NCBI GenBank assembly: GCA_044892525.1
Contig: CM097886.1
Location: 39,432,001-39,496,000, forward strand
DNA length: 64,000 bases
Reading direction: 5' to 3'
From: Schmidtea polychroa
Taxonomy: Eukaryota
The notes under the pieces are model-generated. The model had not been told where the DNA came from and ran no database searches. It saw nothing but the letters and a program-made list of their open reading frames with translations. Shown piece by piece: positions 26,934 to 40,999 of the stretch. A program made the translations under genes and the position numbers. Position 1 is the first letter of the stretch. Each line of letters begins with the position of its first letter.

Positions 26934-29900
26934 ATGACGACAAATAGGTAAATATTTTATATTAAATTCTATTTTTATGTTTCTTTTAAAATTTATGCTT
27001 TGGCCATTGTAGAAATAGGCATATATTTGTAATTTGCAATTTTTATATTTTTATGAAGCTGTATTTGATATCATTTAAAATTTAATTTACTTAGATGGTT
27101 TCATCATCTTTCTGGAGTTGATTCAGAGAAATTATTATTAGAAAGAGGAACTAATGGTAGTTTCTTAGCTCGTCCTAGTTATAGTTCTCCAGGAAGTTTT
27201 ACATTATCTGTGCGAAGAGGAAATGAAGTCACTCACATTAAAATTCAAAATACAGATGACTTTTTAGATCTTTATGGAGGAGAAAAATTTGCAACATTAC
27301 CTGAATTGGTTGCATATTATATGCAAGATGGGAAAGAACTGAAGGAAAAAAATGGACAAATTATTGAATTGAAATATCCATTTTCGTCTGTGGATCCCAC
27401 AACGGAAAGGTATCAAGCTATAATCAATAACATAACTGCCATTAAACATTTATAGATGGTTTCATGGTGATATTAATGGCAAAGAAGCTGAAAAGATGCT
27501 GGTTGAAAAAGGTAGAAATGGAAGCTTTTTAGTTAGAGAATCTATGCGCAATATTGGATCATATGTAGTCTCAGTACTAACCGGTGATCATGTTGATCAT
27601 GTAATGATTTATTTTCGCGATAATAAAAAATTTGATATTGGTGGTGGTCGTCAATTCGACACTCTTAAAGATCTAATTGACTTTTACGTTACAACACCAA
27701 TGGTTGAAAAATCTGGCACCCTAGTTTCCTTAATTCACGTGAGTTTTTTAAATATATAAATGTTGTAAATGTAAAATAGTCTGTTCTTATGATATTTTTA
27801 CCACAATATACTTAACAAAATATATTGTGCATTCTTTATTTAACTTTAAAATTAGAAATTCATTTTTGAAATTATTTATTATTTTTAAATCAATAATAAT
27901 ATAAGTTAATATAAATATCAATTATGATAAATTTTCAAAATCTCAAAGCCTGGAGTTAGACATGCTTGAAAAATTAATGGAAAGATTTGTTGACTGTCTA
28001 AAATTATAAAAAATTTATTAAAAATGTTTTTATAACTTTTCCAATACTAACCAGAAATATATTTTGTAAATTAAAAATTGAGGGTTAATTAAATAAATAT
28101 ATTTATTTATTAAATTAATTAATTCAAAATATAAATATTTTTATATATCATAAATACAATACTTTAAATTATTAAATTTATTTATTAAATTTATTTCAAA
28201 TAAATACATTTCAATATAAATATTTTATTTAAAATTATTAAGTTAATTAAGTTAATAATCTAAAATTTAATATATTTTTATTTTATAAATAAAATATTGA
28301 AAATTATTAATTGCCTGTCCTTTTAAATTTTTAAATACTATTAAATATTTATCTACACGGATTAATAAAAATTAATTATATCCAAAATTATACCCGAAAA
28401 CTCTTGGTTGGATTAATGTATATTTGGCGAGCACGAGTTCAGTACACAAAATTTTCCTCAGAAATTCACACTAAAGCGATTTCTCGTTTTAATGAAATGT
28501 GTAATTGGAGTCGTTATATTTTTTTCCGTCGCCGACTCTGACTCTAAGCCTTGCCGAAGACAAACCTGTATTGCATAGTTTTGCTACTTTTCCGACTAAT
28601 TTGAATTATTACAACACTAACAACTAATAATGAGTCGTTATAATTGTATAAACAATAAAATATTTAGTAATATTATCCGTTTTAAAGGTTTAATACTATC
28701 TGTATTAACGCGTCACTCAAAGAGGGGGTTAAAAAAGCTTGCCAGGAATTAATATCAGCTATATGTTACGTTTTAAATGTGACAGTTCAGAAAACTAATG
28801 AAGTAAGTACAGCAGAAATTATATTAGGTTGCAATATGGAATAGTGATAATAGAGGTCGAATAGAAATTATGCTGAGATCAGAAGCTAAAGACAGCAAGC
28901 GAAAGAAATCATCACAAACCGAAACCTAGAAGTGTGGACAAAGCATTGCAGAAACATGAAGTTAAAAGTAAAGATCACGAGAGATATATAGGTCTCTTTA
29001 CATTAATAAAACGAAATCATGAAAGAAGTCACTTATTAATAGACAAAAACAGGAGAACAATAACAAGAAATATTGAAAAGATAAAGCGTTTTAAAATAGG
29101 TTAGATTTAAGAAATTTCAAAACTCCTATTTAAAAATAATATAATTTAAATGTTACAAGTGTGATCAGTTAGTTGATATAAATTTGTATATTATAATCGA
29201 TATTAAATTATAGTATGTTAAATTAAAGTTATGATTATATTTGTGACCAATAATTACATCAATATTATTTATTACTACGACTCAGTTTTTCAAATTGTCA
29301 GAAAAACGAGATAATTTAAAATTGTAATTAATAAATAAATATTGAGAGAAAACCTAAATTTAATTGCGTCTAACAAAATTTATGATGAGGTTTTTCTCAT
29401 GAATATGCACATAAGACCATATTTTTTCCAATAAATATTGTCTCGAACTGAGTAGATTAAAGACTGTTGAGGTTGAAAAACTGCCCGAACTTACGAATCG
29501 AGAAACTTTCGAGTTACCCTGCGTATTATCTGGGTATAACTTCTTTAGAAAACTATATTTCTCGTTGATCACAGAATAGTTTAAAAGGTAAGGACTTTAT
29601 ATCTTTAGAAGTCATAAAAAATTACGTCGATAATTTCTTTAATAAGAAGCGCATACAATTCTTTAAGGATGGAATTATAAAAAAGATTAAATAATATTAT
29701 TGAAAATTTTTCATAAATTCCAAAATATTGAAATTTACTTTTCTCGGAAAAAACCAAACGAAAATATTTTTGTTTATCACAATTTATTTTCGGTCGTTTT
29801 AATGTTAAAATTGTAACTGAAAATGATATGGTAATAGAATTAATGAATCTAAATTTTTAGCATTAGTCATTATTTTTTCCGTATGATGCAAATTTAAAAA

Positions 29901-32900
29901 TGTCAGTTCTAAAATATTTTCATTTCTAGTTAGAGAAAATTTACAAAAGTGATTAAACAACCCCAATTTCAAGTTAATATTCTTTCTATTTGAATTAACT
30001 AAGATTAATATTAATACTGAAAATATTATTATATCCAACAATTAAAAAGTTATTTAAGAAAATTATACTTAACACATTGAAGACTAAACATTTTTTTAAC
30101 TTTCCGCAGTGGCCAGGTATTTTTTGCAACTAGGTCGATTTACTGATGTTAACAACTGAATCGATGAAATAGTTCAAATAAATTGCTGTGCAGAAAACAC
30201 GAGCTATCTGCTATATGTTGAGAGTTCTCGTAATTGCGAAAAGGATAAGTTAAATTCTCATACGCTTAATTATATCTGTGAATTTATCATATACGAATTT
30301 ATCTTAAAAGAATACATTTAAAATCTCATTAAAATTAACCATTTGAGTGCTAAGAAGCGCGGTGGCGCTCCTGTACCTGCACGACTTAATACGATTTCTA
30401 TTTCATACTTGACAATGCTTTGAAATTATTTAAGAAATATATTTTTAAATTTCTATTTTCCACTAGTAGTGTGGCATTTTTATGTAATTGTCACAAAATC
30501 ATGAGTTAATATTTTAATTTAAATTTCATTAGTTTTAGAATTTTATTTGAAAATATATTTTTAAATATTTTATTTAATAACATTTAATTTTTGAATAATT
30601 TAATTTTTAAAACTACATCCCCACCAATACTTACAAAGCTTTTACAGTAAAAAATGATTGATACTTGTAATTTTTTAATTCTTTATATTTACTTCGCCGG
30701 CAATGAATGAATGCGACAGACAAATCTTGCGATGGCTCATTAGTTCACTTTTCGAGTTAAAACTTGGCGAATAGACTCATTATCGATGACAATGCATTTT
30801 GGTACTTACACACTAATACATCGAAGTTGTGTTTACAACGCTAAAGCTTAAAATTTTAATAGCTTTTTGAATTTTGAAAAAATGATGAATTTGAAAATGA
30901 TTTGAAACCAAAGAGATTTCACATAAAAAGAATTTATACTAAAAACTGGTTTTATTGGTTGAATTTTTTATAAATATATTAAAAATAATGGAATTATTTG
31001 ATTGGTTTATTATTTCTGAAATTAATTATAATCACAGTTAACTTCAGTGGAACCATACATTTTATGTAATGTAAACATGATATATTAGTTATTTAAAATT
31101 TTGTTATAGCTTCATATTAGATAAATTTAACTTTAAAATTTAAAAATTTTATTTTAGCCATTTAATGCTACCCGTGTTAATGTTTTAAGTATCAAAGACA
31201 GAATGAATCAGCTTGAAAAAAATTATGGTCGGGGACCAAATTGTCAGCCGGGTTTTTTGGAAGAATTTGATGAACTGCAACAAGATGCTCGTAGTAAAAA
31301 TTTAACACGAGACGAAGGATTTAAGCCATATAATGCTGACAAAAATCGTTATCGAAACATTCTTCCATTCGATGTAAATCGTGTCAAATTAAAAGATGGG
31401 GATCCAAACATACCGGGCTCAGACTATATCAACGCTAATTATATAAGATGGCCGGTATACTTTAAATATTTTTTATTAACAATATTTTATCAGTTAACTG
31501 AAAAACTTAAAATATTTAAAATAAACACGTGCACCATGTAATTTCTTATTGCAAGCCGTGCCTTGAATTAGAAATTTTGCAAAGAATGTGACACTGCTTG
31601 TAATTAGGCACTATATTCTATTCGAATATTTAAAAAAATAAACATTTAAATGTCAATTCTAACTATAATACATCATTATATTTTATTCACAATGAATTTT
31701 AATTTTAATGTGTTTAGTAATTTTAATTTATATAATGATATCCATAAACTAAAAAGACTTCGTCATTTTCTGGTAAATTGATATTATTGTTATCAGCGTC
31801 AAAGCGGTTTTCTTTTAGAGCATCGATACTGATTTTTCATGCTTCATTATAAAAGATTCATTCTAAAAACATCCAAGATTTAAATATGACGCAATCAGAG
31901 AATTTGTTACAACACCTTAAGGACTTTCTTTTATTCAATGAACAACTTCATTTACTTTTAACTTGATGGTGTTATGGCGCGCATTTCTTTCTATTCAGTT
32001 TGCGAAATAATCATTAATTTCATTCCTGAGAAATATTTAAATAGTTTGTTAATGACTAAACCAAGGCTTTGTAGACCTAGATCTTTACCACTTCAGTTTC
32101 AATCCATCGACTTTGAAAGGAAGTGTTTCTTCAATTGTGCTCAGTAAGTCGAATATTGAGTTTGTATTTTTTAAAAATAGTAAAATTGATGATTCAAGTT
32201 CATTAACAATTACTCATTTGTATCATAATTCATAAAATTTTCCCTTTAAGCATGTAATTCAACGTAAATCAACTTCATTAAATTATTTATCAATTAATAT
32301 TTAATCAATATATAAATTAATACAGTCAATCCTCCTACAACGAGACGGATATGTTTTTAGGAATCGTCGCGTTGTAGGAAATCGCGTTGTAAGAGACATG
32401 AACTCCATAGATAAAAAGGGGTTAGGTTCCAAGTATAAAAAAACTGCATTTAAATTAATAAAATAGATTTAACAGAATTAAAACAAAAAGAACACCTGTT
32501 TCAACATACACATGCATAGAAAATAAAATATGTATGTATGTACATATACTAAAATTTCTTTTCATCCTAAATTTACTTTAACTGTAAAATACACACACAT
32601 TTCTGTATTTATTCACTGTGATTTTTTTAAAACGTACATTTTTTTAAATCGCGCTGTAGGAAAAAACTCGTGTTGTGAGAAAAATTGCCGTAATTTATGA
32701 ATCGCGTTGTAGCGAAAACGTGTTGTTGGAGGCTTTACTGTATATTCATTTAACCATTTTGTTTTAGAAATAATTAAATTTTTATTAAATATATTAAAAA
32801 AATAAACTATCTTTAATTGTGCGAATAGGGCGAATGCAGTAAAAATTTAATATAATGAATACTTATTTGACAAATTCATTAAATATTGATTGATTCTCTT

Positions 32901-35900
32901 ATTCTCCATATTTTAGAATTACGCAAATCGCAAAAAAAGAAATTCAAAATTTTAATCTCATGCAAATATTCCAAAATATTGAAATAATTGATTGTATAAA
33001 TAATTGTTTATATTATTTATGACAACACTATTGTTCTTAATTAAATATTTACTAGAATAAATTTATCAAACACAATAAACCAAACAGTGCTTAAGAAATG
33101 ATTTCTGAAGTAATCACTTTACAGGTCGAAAATAGTGACACGATAAACAATTTTTCAGCTAAATGACAGGATGAAAAGATGAGTATAAACAGTTAGAATG
33201 GCAACTAATTATATGAGCTAAATAGCATTAAATTTCAAACAGTTTCAGACTGGGTCTTAAATTTAAAGGACATTGGACATATGTTAGGAAAAGGGGTGAA
33301 ATTAAAGAAGATAAAATAATGTGACAGACTGAGAAGAAAAATGATCAATCAGATGACTCAAGAAAAAGTGAAAAATTGAATTTTATTAAAAGAGAAGCTA
33401 GAGTCGAAGTGAAAACAAAGTGTTATCTAAACCAGATTGTGTCGTGATAGTACCAAGCAAATTGTCAAGTGTATTCGGCTTTGTTTGGAATAAACTTATT
33501 TTGTTGAGTCTCAAGTTTTATTTACTTATTCATTGAACACGATGACCCAGATTGAAAGCTAATTCCAATCGACAAAACTATTAACTTCCCAACAAAATTT
33601 ACGATAATGCCAGCTAGGAGAACATTTGAAATAATTCGAGAGTCTCGGTCCTTCAGCTAAATCACTGCACTCGAAAAATTAAAATTAAATTACAGTTAAA
33701 ACTAACGATTATCATCAGTGGATGATTGAAACATTGAAAACAAAGGCATTATGGATCATCATTAAAAATAGTTTTCCAAATTCATTAAACAAAGAAATTG
33801 GCACGATGCCAAATCAAAACAAAGACTTCATTTTAATTCTCTACAACTTTGTTTTTGACGATTTTTCAATCGGACAATTTGGTCATAACGAAAAACTCAC
33901 TGAAAGTTTTGTTTTGACACTTGATCAGAGCATCAAATTCAAAAAATTGAAATGGCTATCTTATAAAAGAATAAAAATATTTGAGTATGAAAAATACAAA
34001 ATTAATTTTTAAAATCTAAAAGCAATTTTTTGAAGCAGGATTTGTTTTTATTTGAATATGTTCTTTTTCTTGTGACTACTTACCCATCTTTACTTGTAAT
34101 TTATTTTCCAAGTATGTAGTTAAAAAATGTGATCTATTTGGCACTGAGAAGGCCAGATTTCATAATTTTGTTTTGGCGGAAATATAAATAAGACATTTTT
34201 ATTTTTCTAGGGTCATACTATTTCTCCAAATTCATTGACTTTTCCTGGAATTTATTTTTATTGCTCTTTTTGTGACTATATCCCATAACTAAGTAATTCT
34301 TTCATAAAACCTTATTTGCTTCTACAGTTTGTAATAGTCTTATCTTTCTCATCATTTTAAATGCCCATATTGTAACCTTTCATTATCTGTTATATTTTGA
34401 CCTAATTTAGTTTCAATTTCTTATATAATTTCATTATGTATTCTTTGGTCAACATCAGTTTTATTTCAAGATTTTTTTGTAGTTTAACTGGATTCTACAA
34501 TAATATTTCCTACTACCACAAACAATAATTTTTTCTAGCCTCTACATCAGTGGTTCTCAATTAATATAAAAGCGCGGAACACCATTCACATTATTTTTTT
34601 TACGCCGAACACTGACAAAAAAATACTTGCCCACAATGAGTGACCAATCACAATTTACTATAAATCTGTCGTAAACGTAAATAATGCCTTCTTATAAGCA
34701 AAGAAAATACCACGCGCAACAATAACAAGCAATAAAACACTTTTATATTTGCATGTTTATATATCCGTGTAACGGCTTTTTTATTGAGTCATCTTATAAA
34801 AAAAATTAATTGAGGTTTTTGATGATATGTATCTTAAATGCAAATTTAAAGATAAAATGTCTTTTTTTCGTGGAACACTGATGTTCCGTGGAACACGGGT
34901 TGAGAACCACTGCTCTAAATTAACATCTATATATTTCATATGATGTTTACTTTCAGATGCACATTTTAGTAATTCCATTATTCTTGAATTTCTAGTCTTT
35001 TTTCCAATCAAATTCACTCGATTGAGACAAACGCAATCTATACTCGCTATTCTCGAAATTACATAATGAATTGTTCCAACAACTATGGAGTTTCTCGTTT
35101 TGGAATCGCGCCTTTTCATATTCCTCATATTATCTGTGAATCTCGTTGGGGTATCTTTTCGATTTTCTCAAATGCTGTTATAGATTTTCCGTTTTATCAT
35201 GAAATGTCGTTTCTGTAATATTGCCGATAGCTTTAAATCAACTGCCTTTCCTTCTGTTACTTCGTATTACTCTATTATTTCTCTGCTTTACATAGTCGTA
35301 ACTAATATAAAATGATTTCTGCCGGTATTTCTGTCATCTCAAAAAAAAACAACACATTATCTGGTTTATGTCTAAAATTATAAAAACAGTAATTACTTTT
35401 TATGTTCTCATAATTTTAATTAATTATCCATATGCAATCTCATTTTTTGCCTTTCAATTCCGTCACTAATTGAATATAAATATGAGCGAACAATTTAAAT
35501 TTTCTAATTGTTCTAAGTCTACAGGATCAGTGATGAATTCAAAAAAAAAATTAATAACTTACTAACATTTTAAATTTCGTTATACATTCTGTGAACTACT
35601 TATTTTAGAGCATTTGGTTTATATAATTTCTTTCTACTATACCATGAAGTTAGTTTTACATTATTGTCTGAATGTACTAATGCTATGTTATTTATATTGT
35701 ATCACTGTTATTAACCATCTAATGTACATATTTATTTTGAAATTTGATCAAAAAGTAATCGAGTTTAAAAAAAATGGAAACTATTCATGTGCATTTATCT
35801 GTAGGAATATTAGGTCTCAGTCACTTCGGGAACAAGCAAGTAAATATAATTGTCTCTCGTGGCTCACCCGAGCGTGTGCAAAATTTCCAGTAAGCTGCGC

Positions 35901-38341
35901 TCGTGTCAGTCATGAGTACATACGTTAAGTGGTTAAAGAACGAATACTTCGATAGTTCTTTATATTTAAAAAGGATTTAGATTTCATATCAATTTTGAGT
36001 AATTTAGTTTTTTTTCAGTATGATACTGATAATAATGACTATCCATATGAAAATAATCCTGTTCAATTGCGATATATTGCAACTCAAGGAACTTTAGAGA
36101 ACACTGTGGTTGATTTCTGGAGAATGATATGGCAAGAAAAGAGTAATGTAATTGTCATGATTACTAAAGAAATTGAAAAAGGAAAAGTATTTTCTAATTC
36201 TAATTATTGAATTTTTTTGATAAGAATAGTGTAGAATAAATGTGTTCGTTATTGGCCAACCAAAGAAGAGGGAAAGATATTTTTTGATACTTATCAAGCA
36301 CGACTAATTGTTACTCATATTTCTGAATCTGCAAACGATACTTTCATTTTAAGAGAATTGGTTGTAACAAAAATAAGTACTAAAGATGGATGTACAGATA
36401 AAAATCAAGAAAATCTTAAAGTTTATCATTACCACTTCATGGTTTGGCCAGATCATGGAACTCCTAAAGATCCGTCTTCTTTGTTAAGCTTCATGGAAGA
36501 CTGTAGTTANNNNNNNNNNNNNNNNNNNNNNNNNNNNNNNNNNNNNNNNNNNNNNNNNNNNNNNNNNNNNNNNNNNNNNNNNNNNNNNNNNNNNNNNNNN
36601 NNNNNNNNNNNNNNNNNNNNNNNNNNNNNNNNNNNNNNNNNNNNNNNNNNNNNNNNNNNNNNNNNNNNNNNNNNNNNNNNNNNNNNNNNNNNNNNNNNNN
36701 NNNNNNNNNNNNNNNNNNNNNNNNNNNNNNNNNNNNNNNNNNNNNNNNNNNNNNNTTATAGATAAAAAATAACCCATAAGTTATTTCATATTTTTCTATA
36801 TTTAGCTTTAAATCTGAAATTTGTATCGCATGAAATTTGTATTCTTGTATATTATTGAATATTTATTACTTATTGTGTTAATTGTGTGAATAATATTGGA
36901 ATTCATTCAGATTTAGGTTTGATCATTTAATATTTTTATATGCAAACCAACATCTTGTATATTTTTAACTAAAAATTCTATTTTTAAATACACTTATTTT
37001 AGGTCAAAGGCAATTTATATAGAAAACCATTTTGTATGTATTGTTGAATTGAGGAAACATTTCATTTTATTTATTTTTAATATATGATATTTTCTGCACT
37101 AAAAATTCTTTTCAATTTTCTATGACTAAAATAGCAAAATTGAGTTAGTGTTATCTTTTAAATAGGTTTTAATTCGATATTTCCTGAATACAATAAATTT
37201 CTAATTTTACAGAAAAATTTATAACAGTGAAATTATGCAATCAACAACAGTACATAATTATTTGCAAGATTTTCTTGAATAGCGGATGAAGTTCTTTGAA
37301 ATTGTTGTTATTTGCTTTTTTGTTGAGATGACCACAGATAAATTGCTCTCTAAATCTAACGTATCAGAAAATAAACACTTAGGTACAAGATAAATTATTT
37401 TACATCATTCCCGCATTATGCAGTTTATTATGTCTAACGAGAAACACATAATTTGCAAAAAATAAGAAAAAAATAAGAAAAATAAAAAAAATATTTTCTT
37501 TAAGAGACTTGACTGTATATAAAATGTATATTGCTATTATTAAAAGGTTGACCAGTCCTTTTTAGAGCAAGCTTTATTATATAATAATCGATAGTTTATT
37601 TATGTATTCGTTTTTGCACATGAAATTTAAATAAACCAGTTTAGTCATATGGCATCTGATATACATTGTTTATAATGAAGTTTTATCACAAATAGGTATT
37701 ATATTTACATAATAATTTTATTTCAATTTTAGGAAATAATTATATTTTTAAAAAGTTTTAAATTTTAAATTCAGAGAATATTGGGAGATTGCGGACCGAT
37801 TATTGTTCACTGTAGTGCGGGTATTGGAAGATCTGGAACTTTTATTGCAATAGATATTCTTATTAATCAAATAAGAGGTGATCTCAACAAAGATATTGAC
37901 ATACTAAGAACTGTGCAAATAATTAGAGACCAGCGTTCAGGCATGGTTCAAACCGAGACTCAATATAGATTCGTTTATATGGCAGTCAAAGAATTTATTT
38001 ATTTAGAAAAGAATAGATTGCAAAATTCTAATGTAAGTTAATCGAGAAATTGGTGAGGTTATGCTATTCTTTAGGATGCTAAAAGATCCGGTAGAGAGTA
38101 CACAAATCTAAAACGATTTCCTGATGTTGTTAATAATATTTCAAATTTATCTAATCATTTAAATATTATGAATATAAATACTGGTGAAACTAATTTATCA
38201 GATTTTCAAACTCATCCACCTTCTACTCTTCCCAGAAATTTAGCTATTCATTCAGCTGATGATAGTAGGCGTAATGGAAATTTCTTTTCAACAATGAGAA
38301 ATTGTCCTCCATTACCTCTGAGGAAAGGAGAATGTGAATAG
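26934..38341 (+). CDS. PTPN11: SH2-domain tyrosine phosphatase SHP2/corkscrew (SH2-SH2-PTP)
   Basis: Exons: 26934-26947 (MTTNR|), 27095-27409, 27456-27738, 31158-31454, 36019-36186, 36235 to at least 36509 (end in N gap), 37775-38032, 38075-38341 (TAG). N-SH2 [23 protein letters not shown]2 WFHG..FLVRES. PTP motifs [53 protein letters not shown]. Tail motif EYTN. Confidence 0.96.
31750..32200 (-). pseudogene. Decayed LINE-like (CR1/L2-type) ORF2 linker remnant
   Basis: Minus-strand ...RSTKPWF... and NEINDYFAN resemble the endonuclease-RT linker. Many stops. Confidence 0.35.
32323..32740. mobile_element. Tigger/pogo-type MITE (418 bp) in an SHP2 intron
   Basis: Left TIR CAGTCAATCCTCCTACAAC vs right-end reverse complement CAGTAAAGCCTCCAACAAC. 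TA TSD. Internal ATCGCGTTGTAG repeats. Confidence 0.85.
33320..33594 (+). repeat. Diverged LTR (solo-like) related to 3261-3627
   Basis: TG...CA ends. The 3' 65 bp (TTGAACACGA..CAGATTGA.AG.TAATTC...CCCAACA) align with 3566-3627. No TSD found. Confidence 0.65.
34548..34912. mobile_element. Buster/Charlie-type hAT MITE (365 bp)
   Basis: TIR CAGTGGTTCTCAA / TTGAGAACCACTG. TSD CTCTACAT / CTCTAAAT. Confidence 0.92.
35715..35932. mobile_element. Probable piggyBac-type MITE (218 bp)
   Basis: TTAA on both sides. Imperfect TIRs CCATCTAATGTAC vs CCACTTAACGTAT (9/13). Confidence 0.5.
36510..36755. other. Assembly gap (N) hiding the end of an SHP2 PTP exon; other gaps at 38385-38580, 46211-46455, 58396-58875, 61814-61978
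   Basis: Runs of N. Confidence 0.99.
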
Positions 38342-39639
38342 AACATAACTTATTCATAGAAAATTTTATTTGTATCTATCTAAANNNNNNNNNNNNNNNN
38401 NNNNNNNNNNNNNNNNNNNNNNNNNNNNNNNNNNNNNNNNNNNNNNNNNNNNNNNNNNNNNNNNNNNNNNNNNNNNNNNNNNNNNNNNNNNNNNNNNNNN
38501 NNNNNNNNNNNNNNNNNNNNNNNNNNNNNNNNNNNNNNNNNNNNNNNNNNNNNNNNNNNNNNNNNNNNNNNNNNNNNNNNAACTTTAAAATATATTGTCG
38601 ATAGCGAAATCATTTATAAATATATAATTCAAATAAATAACTATGTAAGCCACTTCAGCAGTGATTATTCATAAAATGAAATAATTTCTGATCACTCAAA
38701 TACAAAAATTAAATTTTTTAACGGTACGGGACGATTTCAGAAGTCCAAATGTGTTTTATAAGCTTTTAAACTATTTTGTTTCCATATTATTGGCCCCTAA
38801 AATTAATGGAATCTTTAGTTTTTCAATGTATGTTTTATTTTTTTATTCAATGTTGATAGTCATAATATAAACAATTCATTACAATATTAGTAATCAAAAT
38901 TATAATAATTTTACATAACTTTCTAAAATAATATGACAAATATAAACACAAGCATATTTAGCAAAATAAAATTTTTATTCTTGGTATGATATTTCCTAAA
39001 ACATGGAGCTACGAGGAAAATATATCTCCTTATATTATAAGAATTTTTTCGATTTTCACCTCTGATTTCTTTTCAATTGATATTATATTTATTAAAAAAT
39101 TGCCTATAAATCAGTAATGATATCGATGTTTTTTTTTATATTCGCGAATTTTCGCCGCAGTCTTTGTCAATTGATTTTAATACTCTCCTTGTCAGTAGAA
39201 TATCAGTATTTAAATTCTCATCGTCTGCTATATCTTTCATTTTTCTCCTAGACTTATTCAACGAATAAATAAATAAAAATAAATCTTCCTTTTTGATTGA
39301 ATAATTTTTCTCACTTCATGTTTTAAAAAATCCAAAAATTATAATACTTTTAAAAATCAAACTCAAAATAAAATTTAATTTCTCAATATTAAAATCTGAA
39401 TAAATTTAAACAATTTTAAAATTTAATTTGCTTTTTAAATTTGTTAATTTTTGGTTATTTGACATTAAGTCTTGCTCTTTAAAATAACTTGTTGGTGGTG
39501 AAATAATAAACAGTGTTAAAATTTCCTATTTTGATTTCAAGAAATAATAGATTATTAATATTTATTAATCCATATAGTAATACAAAAATCTTATACTAAG
39601 ACTTTAATAGTGAACACTAATACATAGTATTTAACAACA

Positions 39640-39830
39640 ATTCATTTTAAAAATTTTACTTTCCTAGCTTTCATTGCTAAAAATTTTAGTCGCACATCAT
39701 CAATATTTATTTTATTGACAATTTTATTTTTGATAGAAATTATTGCAAAACTTTCTTGGGTAATATTCGATCTCAAATGAGCTTTAGGTTCAAAAACTTT
39801 CTTCCTGTCTATATTAGGGTAATAGACAAT
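39640..39830 (-). pseudogene. hAT dimerisation-domain remnant
   Basis: GRKFLNLKLI / AHLRSNITQESFAIISI...INIDDVRLKFLAMKARKVKF* resembles the hAT C-terminus. Confidence 0.65.
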
Positions 39831-39869
39831 ATCAGTAAGACTCTTAATACAATAACAGCATTTGCTTAA

Positions 39870-40083
39870 CCCATTAATGCCCGTAATACAAAAAGAGAAT
39901 GAAATGCTTATATTTATCCAGTTTTTGAATATATTGATGAAAAAAATAAAATATCTTTTTGGTAACTTTTATTCTAAAATTATACAAAATATCTGAGAAG
40001 AAAAATCATTCATTAATTTTAAATTAATATTTTTCTATACAAGAGTAAGTCGTATGATAAATCATACGCTGGGCATTAATGGG
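39870..40083. mobile_element. piggyBac-type MITE (214 bp)
   Basis: Perfect 13-bp TIR CCCATTAATGCCC / GGGCATTAATGGG. TTAA TSD (39866-39869, 40084-40087). Confidence 0.93.
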
Positions 40084-40725
40084 TTAAATTTTATTTAAAT
40101 TGTTTTTTATTATTGTGAGGCTAAATATTATTAATTGCAATTCTACTCCGAAATATTCTTTTTCATTTCTTTGATCATTTTGGTTTCCTGATTTTTACAA
40201 TACATTTCGTCTCATATTAAAATAATTATAAATAAGTAAAAATACAAAACATTCGCACATTCTACTCACCTTCCGCCAGCCCGATATATATTTCAACATT
40301 TTTTTTCAATAATAATAAAAATTTATTTAGATTTACAAAAAAATTTTAAAAAACGTCAAAAACTTTTTGTGGTGAGAGAAAATTTATTTCCCTTATCAAG
40401 TTTGAATATCTTTTAATAAAAGTGTTATTAAGCGTAGTAAGATTTTCAACACATGGGTAAGTTGATGTGTAACTTATATTATACAATTTATTGACTTTTT
40501 TTAATTATATAAAATGTTATCTGGTTGAACCGGTGTAATTCAAAAAATTTTGCTATAAAGGTAATTGTTATAATTTAATCATTTAATGGTCAATATACCA
40601 GACTTTCCTTATTAAAGTGGTGTTATTTTTTATTTATTGATAAAAATAAATTGGATAGAATAGAAATTAAAAATCTATAAATTTAATTATAGCAGCATAA
40701 ATTTATTAAAAATATTACTATAAAT

Positions 40726-40930
40726 TAGAGGTTCCCAACCGGTGCTCTCCGATAATGTTACAAATATGAAATATTGACTATTTTATAATGATTTTTTTTA
40801 TTGTTTCTTTCGTAACCTCTTAATAAAGGCAATATTTACACATATTTTATTATTAGATCAGATTTTTATGATTTCGTAATTATGGTGCTGTGCAAATTTT
40901 TCCTATAATCAAAGAGGTTAGAAACCACTG
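40726..40930. mobile_element. Old hAT MITE
   Basis: Degenerate TIRs TAGAGGTTCCCAACC / GGTTAGAAACCACTG. TSD not clean. Confidence 0.55.
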
Positions 40931-40999
40931 TAAATAAATATAACCACGAATACAAGATCTCTTCTGAAGTATAAATGCATATATCAATTTTTGAAGCTC

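Noticed and set aside
11676-38341. srGAP and SHP2 adjacent and co-oriented as a possible signalling gene cluster
   Set aside because: They are separated by about 7 kb of TE remnants, and nothing in the sequence shows co-regulation or conserved microsynteny.
40262-40303. Minus-strand MLKYISGWRK followed by a perfect AAG|GTGAGT donor, also containing GAAATATATATCGG (PLE-like)
   Set aside because: No downstream exon was found and there is no CTGA core, so it cannot be supported as a first exon or a ribozyme.
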